This document shows, piece by piece, positions 36,712 to 49,551 of a stretch of DNA of 64,000 bases. The position numbers were made by a program, and so were the translations under genes. Location: the NCBI GenBank assembly GCA_046563655.1, contig CM102284.1:1488001-1552000 (forward strand), in the 5' to 3' direction. Under the pieces are notes generated by a model that was not told the DNA's origin, made no database searches, and saw only the letters and a program-made list of their open reading frames with translations. Source of the stretch: Yuukianura sp. NJ FZ-2021 (taxonomy: Eukaryota). Every line of letters starts with the position of its first letter. Position 1 is the first letter of the stretch.

Positions 36712-38173
36712 ATGGTGGTTGCCAGAGCATTGAAAGTGTTTCAAACTATTCTTAAGAATGGAACGAGGTTTGCTGCGCTGCCTATCTACTGGTCAACTGA
36801 TGGCGACGAGAACAAGTATCGCCAGTATTTGACCCTTACAGTATATTATGCCGGGATATTTTACCACACGGTTGACGACTTCTACTTGACCTTCACATTC
36901 TACCAACTCCTGTACGATCAGATTCCCGCAGAGGTACATATCATCGCCATCGCATTACACTGGTTGTCTAGGCTCATAGGACTCTTGCTCCACTACTGCA
37001 TAATTTGGAAGCGAACCGAATTAGCAATATATTTTAAGCAACTGATCGCTCTCAAGCTCGTCTCCAGCGGTGAGCCTTTTTGGTACACGTTTTTAACTCT
37101 ACAGTTAAGTGACACCGAAAAAGTACACGCAAAACATCAGTTTGAATTGTATTATCTTGCAACTATGGAAGGAAAACCAGGAAAGTAACGCGATTTGCAG
37201 AAATTTAATAATTTTTAATTAGCTTCCCTACTGAATGAGGACAGCTTTTCTTAGAACGTAAATTCTAAATGCGGTATTATTCGGTGGGCTGTAAAGCAAA
37301 GGATTTTGGAATTAATGTTGACATAAATAAGAATTACGTAGTGTGGAATTTATTTAGGTCAAAGCATGCATCAGTACAACGAAGAAATGATGAAAAGTTG
37401 TTGCCGTTGTTTGGAAATTGGACTACGGATAACACAATTCTATGCATATGCTCCTTCGCTGAACGTATTTTTGGCCCCAAATTCACCGCAGTTCTGGGCA
37501 TATCGTATTATCCCTTCCTCTGTCTACACATGCGCATTGTTCAAAATATTTTTGTATATTTTGGAGGTATACGTTACAATGCTGGATGCTTATATTGTTA
37601 CGTTGCCAACGGTCGTCTTTGCCTTGCATTGTGGTGTAACGAAACTTTGGTTGGCAAAGTTAAGGTAAGGCGTAGTATTCAAAACTCTCAAAACGTTTGA
37701 TTCATTTGAAGGTTTTTAGGACACAAGCTGAAAATCCAAATACAGAACGCATTCTTATCTTGCGCAGCTACAAGGAAATACAATGTTTCCATAGTATGTT
37801 CAACCTTGCTTTGGGAGATATTCTACTTGGTATTGCAATAATTGTGCAAGCGTTCCTCGTTTTTGCGTATGTCATCCTCATAAAGTACGCAGAAGCTTTT
37901 CCGACTGTAGTTGTTGTGGCATCAGTAGGAGCAACACTTGCGGGTACTTATGTATTACACGGCATTATTGACACTGCAGGGGTGTTGCGTCAACTTTCAA
38001 AAAATGTTACACAAACTCTGTACCAAACACCATCAAAATCTGTGAAAAAGGAAGTTTTATCCTGTCAACATGTATCTGTCACACTCGGATCAAGTTTCGA
38101 AATCACTCCCCTATCTTTACCTCTTTTCTATAGCAGAACTGCTGACTACGCAATTCAAGGACTCCTTTTGTAA
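36712..38173 (+). CDS. Divergent GR-like 7TM protein; exons 36712-37069, 37358-37664, 37720-38173
   Basis: Hydrophobic multi-pass protein with C-terminal 'VSVTLGSSFEITPLSLPLFYSRTADYAIQGLL'. Same intron phases (1, 2) as the three minus-strand genes; 1119 nt in frame. Confidence 0.7.
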
Positions 38174-39009
38174 TTGACGTCATTATACCCCCTACCTATT
38201 TTCTAATGCATGTATTTTGATTTATTTACACTAATTACTCATAACCAGTGTACTATTACGTAACTTTGTAGTTGTTGACGCTAATGGAATCACCGTCGTA
38301 TCCCCTTATAGGAATTTCAAGTATCGATTCACACCAGTTTTTCGGAGCTGCACACATTTGTAAATTTAGTTGATGTCCACTAGCAATGTTCCTATAACAA
38401 CGAAATAGTTTTCCTTTAACAGGTTTGGCAATAAGTCCTGTTTACAAAAAGTCTTGCCCCGAGCAACTTTTCCGCGAATCCCACTTGATTAGTTACTAAT
38501 AAATCATTGCCAGTGGAAAGCACGTTGAATCAATTTTTGAAAAAAATTAAACAAAATTTAAAAAGTTCTAGTTATTGCCTAATCTGTTGAAGAAAAAGCT
38601 ACTTTCTTTCTTGTTCACGAACCGTGTCCACTAGTTCCTCCAGTCTGGAAACATTTCTAAAAGTTGTATTGGTACGGCGGTTATTCGTATCTCGTTGACG
38701 AGTAACACTTACGAGTCTGTAATGCAAACACAATTGAACTTGAGCAGAATCTAATCCCAATAAGCGTTACTAACACATATAACACACATACTCAAGTTAG
38801 GTAATTGCGCTGGTAATTAAAGTTGTTTATTAGAGAAAGAGTTACACCGCTTATGTTGTTTGAACTTTTGTTTTTGCTTCACTTCCAATTTTTTCGTTTC
38901 AGTTTTATTTATATTTAAAATAAGGTTTTTGAGTTAGTGATTTAAAATTGTTTGCATAAGTTAATTGGTGTTTAAAATGTAGTAAGTCTCTGACTACTAC
39001 ATGTTGACC

Positions 39010-40780
39010 TCAAATTTTACTGACCAGTGGTGTGTTAGATTTAGGTTGACTTTCAAGTAGCGTAGTAACTTTCTGCAGCGCTTGATCCAAATCCTGAATA
39101 AGCGTTTCAGTCCGTTCGAGTCCAACAGAAATTCGTATAAGGTTTTTTTCAATTCCGAGAGCAATTCTCTTTTCTTTGCTCATCTGTCGCTGCGAAGTGA
39201 TCGATCTGAAAATGAATTTCAAACAATAAAGAAGAATTTTTGTGAAACTTTCCAAAATTTTATTACGGAATCACAACAATGCTGACGTCAGATGCAAAGG
39301 ATCCGGCAAAACGAAAGCACTTGAGTCCTTTGATAAATGTTAGGGCTTCGGGAAAGGAACCTTTGACATAAAGTGACAATAGTCCAGAGCATCCATTTTG
39401 TTGTTTTAGAGCCAAATTATGTTGTGGATGTGATGTTAACCCTGAACAAATCATATTTTCAAACTGCTTTCACCAATTTAAAAAAAAAATATTCTATTTC
39501 TATTGGAACACTGTGCCAAAAAAAGTTTACCTGGATAAAAAACTTTGGAAACGGCGGGATGATTTTCGAGAAACTGTGCAATTTTCATAGCGCTTTTAAA
39601 ATGTTGTTTCATTCTTATCGGCAAAGTCTTGAGACTTCGAATCATCAAGTAGCAGTCAAAGGGTGACGGAACGGCGCCAAAAACTTAAATTTCAAAAATA
39701 ATTGAAACTTCGACGACCTTGAAGTTGTTGACCTTTGACCTTACATATTTGACACTGTTGGTAAGTTTCATAAAGCTCCTTTGAGTTGCACAAAAGAGCG
39801 CCCATTGACACATCGGAGTGACCTGCAATGTACTTGGTCAAGGAATAAACAACCACGTCTGCACCAAAGTCCAACGGACGCTGAAAAATCGGTGACAAAA
39901 TTGTGTTGTCGACGACAACCACAACATTTGGATTGACTTTCTTAGCTTCAGTTGAAATTGCCTCAATGTCAATGACTTCCAAAATGGGGTTGCTTGGACA
40001 CTCAAATATGATCACCTGAAATTCAAAACGTGACAAATGAAATTTTGCCGCCAAGAATGTCAAAATTCAAAATTTTGAGGCACTTGCCTTAGTCCTATCG
40101 TTGACCCTAGAAATAATTTGTTGCGTGTCGCGTGACATGACCTCTTCGCAGTCAATTCCAAAACTTGGCAATTTGTTGCTCAGCAACCAATCCGTGTCTC
40201 CGCTTATCGATTGGACGTAGATCACGTGGTCACCTTTTGCACATGCTTGAAAAACGGCGGCAATTGCAGCCATTCCGGAAGAGAAAGTGAGTCCTAAATA
40301 TTCAATTGCACTTAAGATTAGTTAAACTAATTATAATTAAAGTTGAGTTAATTCATTTTGTTAAACTAACCATAGTTTGCTCCCTCGAATTTGGCCAGTG
40401 CAGATTCCAAGTGAGTCCTGGTGGGATTAGAGATTCGGCTGTAGAAATGGAATGTTCCCTATTTTCAAAACATAAAATTTGCAAGATTCAAAATGGAAAA
40501 AATTAGTTTTCAAAATTTTAAATCTTGAAGATTTCAAGCTTACAGCATTTGATGGGTTAAGTCTCTGTTCCACTGTTGTACTAAAAACTGTAGACGTTAC
40601 GAGTGGCGGCGTCAGAGCGGTCGTTCCCGTTAAACTTTCTGTGTCCAACGTTACCTTGACCGCCAAACTTTCAAAATCTACTTCCGATTTTCTCCATTTT
40701 AATTTTTTCTTTTGGATACAAGAATTTCTTTTTGCCGCCATAACTTTGTCATCGACGTTTCCAATTGAACAAGAACCCAT
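39010..40780 (-). CDS. CTH-like: Cystathionine gamma-lyase / Cys-Met metabolism PLP enzyme, divergent, multi-exon
   Basis: 'YSRISNPTRTHLE', 'FSSGMAAI', 'FECPSNP', 'VVDNT', 'YSLTKYIAGHSD' (PLP lysine), 'SPFDCYL' and 'LIRISVGLE'. Confidence 0.9.
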
Positions 40781-41459
40781 ATCACTTGGGTTTTCAATAA
40801 AACTAATCCTGAGTTACTAGAAAGCGTAATCCAAGAAAGTTGATTTGACAATTCAACTGTACTGAAATCTTGGAATCTGTGACTGGTACGTTCCAGCCAC
40901 GAGGGAGGCTGAAACAAAAGTAAAGTGACAAAGAAACCAATGTGACCGGTCGATGAAATAGTTTTGGCACATTAGAGTTTTAGATATGTGCCACCGCAGG
41001 GAGATGGTTCCTTTCAGTTCCGGAATATTCCATTGACTTTATAAATAGAAATGCATGGCGTTTCCTTGAACTTTTACACCAGACAAAAAAGAACTGAAGC
41101 TTTATGCTTATCTTTTAAAAGGCTTTTCTAATGTAACTGTGCCGCTTATTCTGTAACATTTCAGTTTCAAAACCACGCGTGTAACTATACACATTGTGTC
41201 AAGTTCTTCAAAATTTTACATCACATGTAAGTAAAAAACAGGCAACACGATGTACAAACACTATTACAAAATTTACTTAAAGTTGTTTAAACCTCGAGAA
41301 TCAGAAATCATGGATGTAACTTTAAAAAATAAGCAAAACTTTTAAAAAATTTGAAAACAGGGGAAATATAAAAGGCAATGTACATTACGTTTTATTCACT
41401 AAATTTTCCAATTAATATGCTACCCAGTATTTTTTTTGGATTCGTTCAAGTTTTTAGCA

Positions 41460-42000
41460 GTAAAAATTGTTAGAATTGTTGTACATCATCGTTGTAAAAC
41501 TGAATTGTTTTCTCTAGCGCTTGATTCAAATCTTGAATGAGCGTATCAACGTTTTCCAAGCAAACAAAAATTCTTATACGATTTTCCTCAATGCCAAGAG
41601 CAAGTCTCCTTTCTTGGCTCTTGTGTCTTTGTGACGTAGCTGACCTAAAAACCCAATTTCAAAGAAACTAACTAAAATTCGATTTCAAAATTGTAATTTT
41701 TTCTGAAAACTTACGGCATAAGACTAGGCTAGCATCTGATGCAAACGAACTTGCGAAGCGAAAATATTTGAGTTGTTTGACGAAACTATAGTTGCTTGGT
41801 GAACGGATGTAGAAGGACAATAACCCTGAACATCCACTTTCTGGTTTCAAGGCCATAGCAGGCTTTGACCAACCAACTTAAAAACTTAGTTTTTAATTTC
41901 TTTCTTGTAAAAACGTGTTAAAAATAAAGAGATAGCAACAGCTGTAGATGTGAAAACTTCCATATCAATTATTAAGTAGCAGTCAAACGTTGACGGTAAT
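41460..42000 (-). pseudogene. Truncated duplicate of the CTH-like gene (last two exons plus a small remnant)
   Basis: 'ALKPESGCSGLLSFY...FRFASSFASDASLV' and 'RLALGIEENRIRIFVCLENVDTLIQDLNQALEK' match the last exons of 39010-40780. A 23-bp remnant 'aagtagcagtcaaacgttgacgg' lies at ~41975. The PLP-lysine exon is absent. Confidence 0.8.
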
Positions 42001-42883
42001 TTCTTTTTTGAAGCTTTGTCCTGCCAAAGACAAATATGCTTCCAAATTCTTCTTTTTTTCGGCAGAAGATACGCTTGTGCTTTTTTTAATTTAAATTGTA
42101 AACTTAACCTTTACTGAAGATTACTTTGATAATTTTTGATAATTTTTTTTATAAAAGTAGCACTAACGACAAAAAATTCCAAAAGAATCATGCATAATAT
42201 GTTTAGCTAATCAACGTCCTCACCTGTAGGGAGAATTAAAAATATTTTTTGTTGAAATAAATTTTTAGCACTGCTTAGAAGTTGATGAAAAAAAATTTCT
42301 TTGAACATTTTAAGCAAGTTCTTGGAGAAATAAAGTAAAATGACTTCTATCCTATTGAGTGACACAAATGTCACCAAGATGCTGTGCATAAATCTGAATC
42401 CGTGACAAACTCATAGTGACACTGATTTGTTCAGTTTCTCCATTCTACAACCTGAACAGGTTCATTTTTCTGTCACAAACATCAAAAAAGTGGATCCCAT
42501 TTGGCAAAATCACACATTTGATGAAGATGCAACTTCCACATTAGCACTTTTTTGCCTTGTTTTGTACAATTAGGTTTCCCTATTTTCTCAAACCACAAAA
42601 CTCGTTTCTTTAAAGACACCAAACCAAAAAGTTGTTTTTGTTCACCAAATGTTGTTTTGATGATCTCTAAACTGTGTGACACCGGCATGTAGTGCTTGAT
42701 ATTTTAACAACAAAAACTTCTTTTTTTTCCAAAAAGTTACAAAAAATGACCTAATTTTCTTGGTTTAGGTTCAAGACCAGTGGGAAGTTGAACTTGATTT
42801 GATTTTGCACTCGATCGAAACTAAAAAGTAGTAATCAGTGGTTGTCATAATGAGGAGGACGACAGATTCTGAGAATCCGCAAA

Positions 42884-44748
42884 ATGTGGAAATCAGTAGG
42901 AATATTTTTTCTGTCAATTTTGATTAACTTAACAGTGATTCCTGTTTTGAGTTTAATTTTAACTCCGTTTGTCATATTTCGGTTTGTTGTAAAACATTGT
43001 GCAAAATGGTACGCGCCAAATTTGAAATCCATTTTGTCGCCGGGAGTCGTTTCGTCCATAGCAGGGGAAGGCTTCTGTGCAGAACAGAAGAAAACAGGCA
43101 TAATTGCAGTGACATTGAATGGTCGTGTAGATGTTGACCAAGTATGTAACTCGTTCCAGGACAAAGTTTTGTACCGGCGTAACCTTGAAGGTCAATTTCG
43201 TCACCCAGAGTTACAACAGTTTGTAACCAAGTGGTTCGGGCACTATTTCTGGCAAGATGAACCCCAATTTGATATCTCTGCGCATGTGCAGCTTTGGACT
43301 TCTGAAAACCCCGACTCCGTAGTCACGCAGGAGGACTTCAAAACTATTGTAAACGTGATTTTGAAAACGGAGTTTACGCATGAGCAGAGTCCATGGCGGT
43401 TGTACGTTATTCACAACACACGTATTTCAACAGATCCGCCCGGAATTGGGAACAAAACGACATTAGTGTTTCATTTTCATCATGTTTTGGGTGGTGGCGT
43501 GGACGTAATGAGTGAACGCGTACTTCAACCTTGGTTTGAAAATAATTTGACCAATGAGAGCCCCGGAAGTGAAATGGAGTCAGCCGAGCTTAAGCCGAGT
43601 TCACACTGTCACAAATCAGTCAATTGGAGACTCATTCTCAAAATTTTGAAATTTATGACATTTGGAACTTACGATTTTTTGAAAACTTTGATGGACCAAT
43701 CAGAGGCTGTGGATTGGGGCGCGGCTAATGTCAAAACGCAGGTCAAGTGTGAAGGGGACTTGAAAATTCATACGTCTGAATCCGTGTCAACTGCTCATAT
43801 CAATGACATCCGAAGTATTTTTGGAACAAATGTAATTTCAATTGTGTTGGTAGCTTATGCTGGAGCTCTGCGCAGATTCATGATTCAACACTTGATTAAA
43901 CTGCCATCCAGTGTAACTTGTACTGTTCAAATGGAGCGTCGAAGTAACATTGAATCAAGTGAATTCGGATGCTCAAGGTAAGACAAATCTAAATTTCTAC
44001 GCGCATCTCCTTTTTTTTATTATTATAAACTCATATTTTTCTCAATTAGCCACCAAAATTTGAAAAAAAAATTGGAACTTAGATTTGCTGAAACAAAACT
44101 TTCAATAGAAACGACAGAAAATTTTCCGGTTTTTTGGTAAACTAATTTTTGATTTTTTGATAAAAGTGATTTGCAGTTGCTCGTGAGGCTTCCAATTGAT
44201 GAATTGGATTCAACGAGTGCAAAAGAGCGAATTCGATTGATTCAAAAAAATCTCAGCAGAGCTTCACATTCTACAGAGCCTCTGACAAGGTTGCTGTTCC
44301 ACAATGCACTTGGTTTCCTTCCGTCAAATTTTGGGCGCCAAAATTTGCAAAATTTGGTTTCAAAGTATCTCTGTTCCGGAACTTCGCTTCTAACAGTTTT
44401 AAATGCAACGGACAAAAAAATCTTATGCAACTCCGAGGTTGTTGGAATTTTTCCTTTGGAAAAGTGTTCAGTCCCTGGCTTATTAGGTTAGTCACACTAA
44501 CTTTCTCAAATTGAAACTTAAAATTTCATTACAAAAAAAATATTAAATATAACTCTAAAAGATTTCTTTTCACTGAACATATTTCAGGACCTTCACTACT
44601 ATGCAACGTGTATGGAAATTCAGCTCAGTTTATTTTGTGCATGGACTCAAGTGTTATGCCCTCAACGCTTCCACTGAAGGACCTCAACACTTTTATTTTC
44701 AAGGAGTTAAATGATTTATTTAAACTGGATGCTGCTTCATATGTCTAA
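42884..44748 (+). CDS. Wax-ester synthase/diacylglycerol acyltransferase (WS/DGAT)-like protein; exons 42884-43977, 44167-44486, 44588-44748
   Basis: N-terminal hydrophobic segment, 'FWQDEPQFDISAHV', 'SPWRLYVI' and 'LVFHFHHVLGGG' at the position of the HHxxxDG motif. Splice phases are consistent. Confidence 0.75.
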
Positions 44749-45198
44749 AGCATAATCTACTAACAAAATTTTATTTAGTTTTATTATAATTTTTCTAATT
44801 TATTTGAAACAAAGAAATTTTGTAAAAAAATTACTTTACAATGAATTGTAACAATAAAAACGGAGCAAATAATATTTACAATTCCAACTGCACATCTCAT
44901 GCTTATTTTAGGTGTGGCGAAAATCATTCCATGCATTCCTGGTACAGTGCAACTGAAAAGACCTATTTTAAGAACTGACCTTGGTGGTACTCGATATGTT
45001 ACTAAAAATTTCCATGAAAGGAACTAACCTCGGGTTCGGATTTGCTTTTTTTTGAAATCGGATTAGCAGTGTATCGCTAGTCGGTGGAGGATGAACAAAT
45101 TATACTTTGTATTTCACTTTCTGCCCAAAATCAACTGAAAAAAAATTTCTTTTGGAAAGAGGAATTCTTCATGTGTAAAAGACTGTGGTTCAAACAAG

Positions 45199-46692
45199 AT
45201 GAAAGTCCTGATTTTAGACGACGAAGAGAAAGTGACACATTGGGCTGCTAAATATGTTGCTAAAAAAATTCGTGATTTTCAACCGGGTCCTGGAAAGCCG
45301 TTTGTCCTGGGGCTGCCTACAGGTAATAAGTTTGTCTTATTCGGAATTTACTATGTATTTTATATCCTTATATCCCTTTAGAACTTTGAACCTTTTGGTT
45401 CTTCAAAAGTCGTCTTCGAAAATGTTTTTCAATTGTGACCCATTCTAGTAAAATCATTTTTCGCGAAAAACTTGAACTAATATGCACTTAATTATATGAT
45501 AGACTGTATATTCCTGAGAATTAGAAGTTCGTCCCCAAGTCAAAATTTTAGATCAATTGATATGCCTATTCAGTTTGGAATGTATGTGATAAAATTAACA
45601 TTTTCTTAGTTCATATTTTTGATTTTGTAATATATGGTTTATATTTAAAAAAAATTGTTGAATATTTCAGGCGGAACACCACTTGGAATGTACAAGAATC
45701 TGATAGAATTGCACAAAGACGGAAAAGTGTCATTCAAGTATGTCATTACCTTCAATATGGACGAGTATGTTGGTATGTACATATCACAGTTGCAGCCCAA
45801 CTCCGTTTTTTTTTAAAGTAACGAACTCTTCAGATTGAATTAGTTAATTGCTCATTCTTTTCACTAGTATTTTTTTTAAATATAATTTGAATAAATTTGA
45901 TACCTAATTTGGCTAGGTCTGCCCGAGGATCATCCCGAAAGCTACCACCACTACATGTGGCTCAACTTTTTCAAGGATATTGACATCCTTCCAGAAAATG
46001 TTCACATTCTTAACGGGAATGCTGCTGATTTCACAGTAGAATGTGATTCCTACGAAGCCAAAATCAAGGACGTTGGTGGAGTGGATCTGTTTGTAGGTGG
46101 AATCGGTCCAGACGGACACATAGCTTTCAATGAACCGGGCTCATCACTCGTGTCACGAACCAGGATCAAAACCTTGACACATGAAACGATCATTGCCAAT
46201 TCTAGATTTTTTGAAAATGACTTGAAAAAAGTACCAACGCAGGCTTTGACAGTGGGAGTTGGAACAGTCATGGATGCGAGAGAAGTAATGATTTTGATTA
46301 CTGGAGCTAAGAAGGCATTAGCATTGCACAAGGCAATTGAAGAAGGTGTGAGTCACATGTGGACTGTATCTGCTTTCCAACAACATCCAAACACCATGAT
46401 ACTGTGTGATGAAGACGCTACGTTGGAGCTCAAGGTCAAAACTGCTAAGTACTTTAAGGTAAATTACCAAAATTTTAGAAGTGGAAAGTTCAGAACACGC
46501 TCATATACACCAGGAAATACGGTAACAGCTACTGCAATGGAATGGAATTATTTCGAAAATCCTCACATAACTTTTTAAATTATAAAATACAAGTTTTTGA
46601 AAATTTTATTTCAAATATGAACGTGTTTGGTTTTTGGTTTTGATTTGCAGAATCTTTGGGACGTTCATAGCAAACTTATCGACGACATTTAA
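45199..46692 (+). CDS. GNPDA: Glucosamine-6-phosphate deaminase (oscillin); exons 45199-45322, 45671-45772, 45917-46458, 46651-46692
   Basis: '[15 protein letters not shown]', '[11 protein letters not shown]', '[18 protein letters not shown]' and '[15 protein letters not shown]'. Confidence 0.97.
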
Positions 46693-46924
46693 CATTTGAA
46701 CACCTAAACATGTTGCATTTTATGTGAAAAAACAAAATTTATTTAGTAAGCAAAATTTCACTTCATTTTGAAAACAAAATTGAAAAAAGAAAATATGGCG
46801 AAAAATTTATATCAAATTGTGACAAAAAATTATTCTTTAATTATATTAATGTGTTGAATCTACATCTGAATATTGAAAATTTCAAGAAAAATACAATTAT
46901 CACCATACCTTAATTTGGAAAAAG

Positions 46925-49092
46925 CTAATTATTTTTCTTTTTACTTCCTTTGTTTCTCTTTTTGGAAGTCTTTTTTAACGAATCGCTTTTGATTGGTAGG
47001 CGTAGCTTTGACATGGAGTTCTGCGCCGTTCGCATAATCTTGACACGTAGATTGCCACTGCGCAGTAGTTTCACTACTTCCATTGATAGGTGGGCACCCA
47101 TTTTGGCATGAAAACGCTGAATCGCTGCGGGATGCATAGAGTCAAACCCCGGTTGAACTTCAGCACGACCCCTGCTTCCAGTTTTTTTCTTTTTGTTTGT
47201 CTCTCTACTTTTGACCTTTGGCACGGAAATTTCAATGTCTTGACCATAAGCACGGTCCAACGTAAATCGTTGTAAAAATATAACTCCATGGCGTTCCTAA
47301 TATTAGTATATAATCACATTATATTTTACATTTTGTAACAAATTTTATTAGGTTACTTTAATACCATTAAAATAATCTCCGCTTCTAGTTCTGGAATTGT
47401 TGCCTTCACTCCTCTCTCCATTGGTTCCGTTGATTCATTAATATGAACAACGAGTGGTCCTACCATTAATCTGAAAAAAAATTCATTTTTCGTTTGAAAA
47501 TTAACAAAATTTTTAAAAAATTACAAAACTAGTCTGAAGTAAGGATTGACCTTGCTGTTACAACAGCGCTTCGGGCGTCTACTCCCACGACGACATCACT
47601 CGCCCGCATCATTCGACTGAGGCCGTGCAGTTCTGCATTTGGTTTGGAAGGACTAAAGTTTCGAAAAATATCAGAATGATGTATGAGTTTATGATCGGGG
47701 AATTAAAAATTGTCATTTTGAACAACTTACAGTGGTGGACCGCCATCTTTTGGATAGTAGCCACCAGTAGGACGATCAGCTTCCTGGGAACTTCCTGGAT
47801 CTGAGTCATCGAAGTCATCTTGTTCATCTTCATCTTCAATTCCAGGCGGATCTTCTTCTTGATCTTCTTCTAAATACGGAGCGCTCACTTTCTTCTTATT
47901 TTCTTCCGTTTTAGTTATTTTCTCATTTTTGAATTTCCCGCCATTTTTCTTTACCACATTCCCCTTCCGGTTTTGCAAAACTGTCGAACCGCCTTTCCCG
48001 CCTACGTCTGCTTCTTCGTCATCCTCGTCCTCAACTTTCACTGGCTTTGTTTTCACCTAAAACAAGCAAGAATATGAACAAACTTAAATTTGTACTTTTG
48101 AAAAACTTTGATTCAAATTTGTTCAATTTCAACTTTTTGAAGATTGAAATTTGTACTTACTTTTGGTTTTGGTGGGACGGTTGGCTTGGCCTTTGAATCC
48201 ACTTTGACTTCTTCGGAAAGATTTTCGTCACTTGCCGGGTATTCGTCAAAGGCTGGTTCCCGCTGCGGTTTAGCAGCTCCCTCTGTCGTGGTTGGTTTCG
48301 GGGAGCCAGAGCGCGGTGTTTCTAAATTTCAAAAGTTCATTTCCAATTTTATAATTTCAAAAAAAAAATTCAAAAAACTACTTTTTCAATTTTTTGTTCA
48401 ATAAATGCTGATATTTGTTCAGTTTTTAGTAACCTTGACTTCTACGCGCTACTGGAACTTGATGCTCGACGGACTCCGATGACTGCCAAAAGTCATCGCC
48501 GTTTCTCTTCTGCAGCGGCGTTAACAAATTCTCTGCTTGTTGGTTTGACCTGTAAAGAGCTGCCCCGGGGCGTCTAAATGGTCGCTTTTGCAAGTGACCT
48601 GGAACTCTCACAGGTCCTTGCGGAGTAGACCGGATGACTACCGGCATTGGATCAATGTCGGCATTTTCAAAATCCACTTTCAGTTTTCGAATTAAGTCAT
48701 CCACAACTCGATTGTAGATTTCTACTACGCCATTGGGAGCTTTGATTCTCAATTTGGGGGGAAACTGTGGTGGTGGAACGGATTCGACAGATTCCGGGGG
48801 AAGAGGATCGTCATCATAGGCGGGAGAATTCGCAGAGATGCTTGGACGGACGAAACTGCCAATTGCTGGACTTCCACCATAGCCATACGCTGTTGGGCGA
48901 ATCGGTTGTCCATAGCTTTGACTCCAAGGAAAGTTGAACACTATTAGAAATATTAATTAATATTAAAACTCATTTAATTAAGTTAATTAAAGTTAATACA
49001 GAAATGATTTTCTTACGGGATGATCCTGGAAACTGGGAATTTGAAATTTTAGAAAATGCGAGAAATGTATAAAATAAGCTGAATAAGTTCAT
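46925..49092 (-). CDS. Secreted protein, possibly Der p 7/group-7-allergen-like fold with long low-complexity insert, multi-exon
   Basis: Signal peptide 'MNLFSLFYTFLAFSKISNS'; 'NRVVDDLIRKL...IDPMPV'; Pro-rich and acidic exons; then 'AELHGLSRMMRASDV', 'LMVGPLVV' and a Lys-rich tail. The fold assignment rests on motif resemblance only. Confidence 0.55.
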
Positions 49093-49551
49093 GGTGCAGG
49101 TAGAATTAAACCAAGACTGAAAATTTGACAAAAGATGTTGCAATAAATTGTTGATCTTTAGCTAAAATTTTTTTTCTTCCGTGGCATGTGTATGCGGGTA
49201 AGAGAAAAATTGTTCCTGGTTCAACATCCTTTCAAAAACTGGTTCTTTACAAAAACTCTCAAGTTTTGTGTTTGACCTAAGGCTCTGGGATCCAACAGTA
49301 AACGGAATCTACTGTCGGCAGATGTTGACTTTCGCAAACACAAAAAAATGTTTGTACATAACTTATGTTTTGTGAAAAAATCGTGTTTGGTATTTATATG
49401 TTTATCATCAACAAATTTCAAAAATGTATTTGTTCGAATCATAAAAAAATAAATCCGCTTTATAATTGTGTTCTCAATGTCTTTTTTTATTTTGGAACAC
49501 CATTACAAAAATATAAAAAGTTGCAAAATTTTATGTTCTGTTTTTTTTATT

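Noticed and set aside
1-40780. Beta-lactam (ACV) pathway reading: NRPS + pipecolate oxidase (aminoadipate supply) + cystathionine lyase (cysteine supply)
   Set aside because: No IPNS in the window, the A-domain lacks the amino-binding Asp expected for ACVS modules, and the lyase is ~38 kb away with unrelated genes in between.
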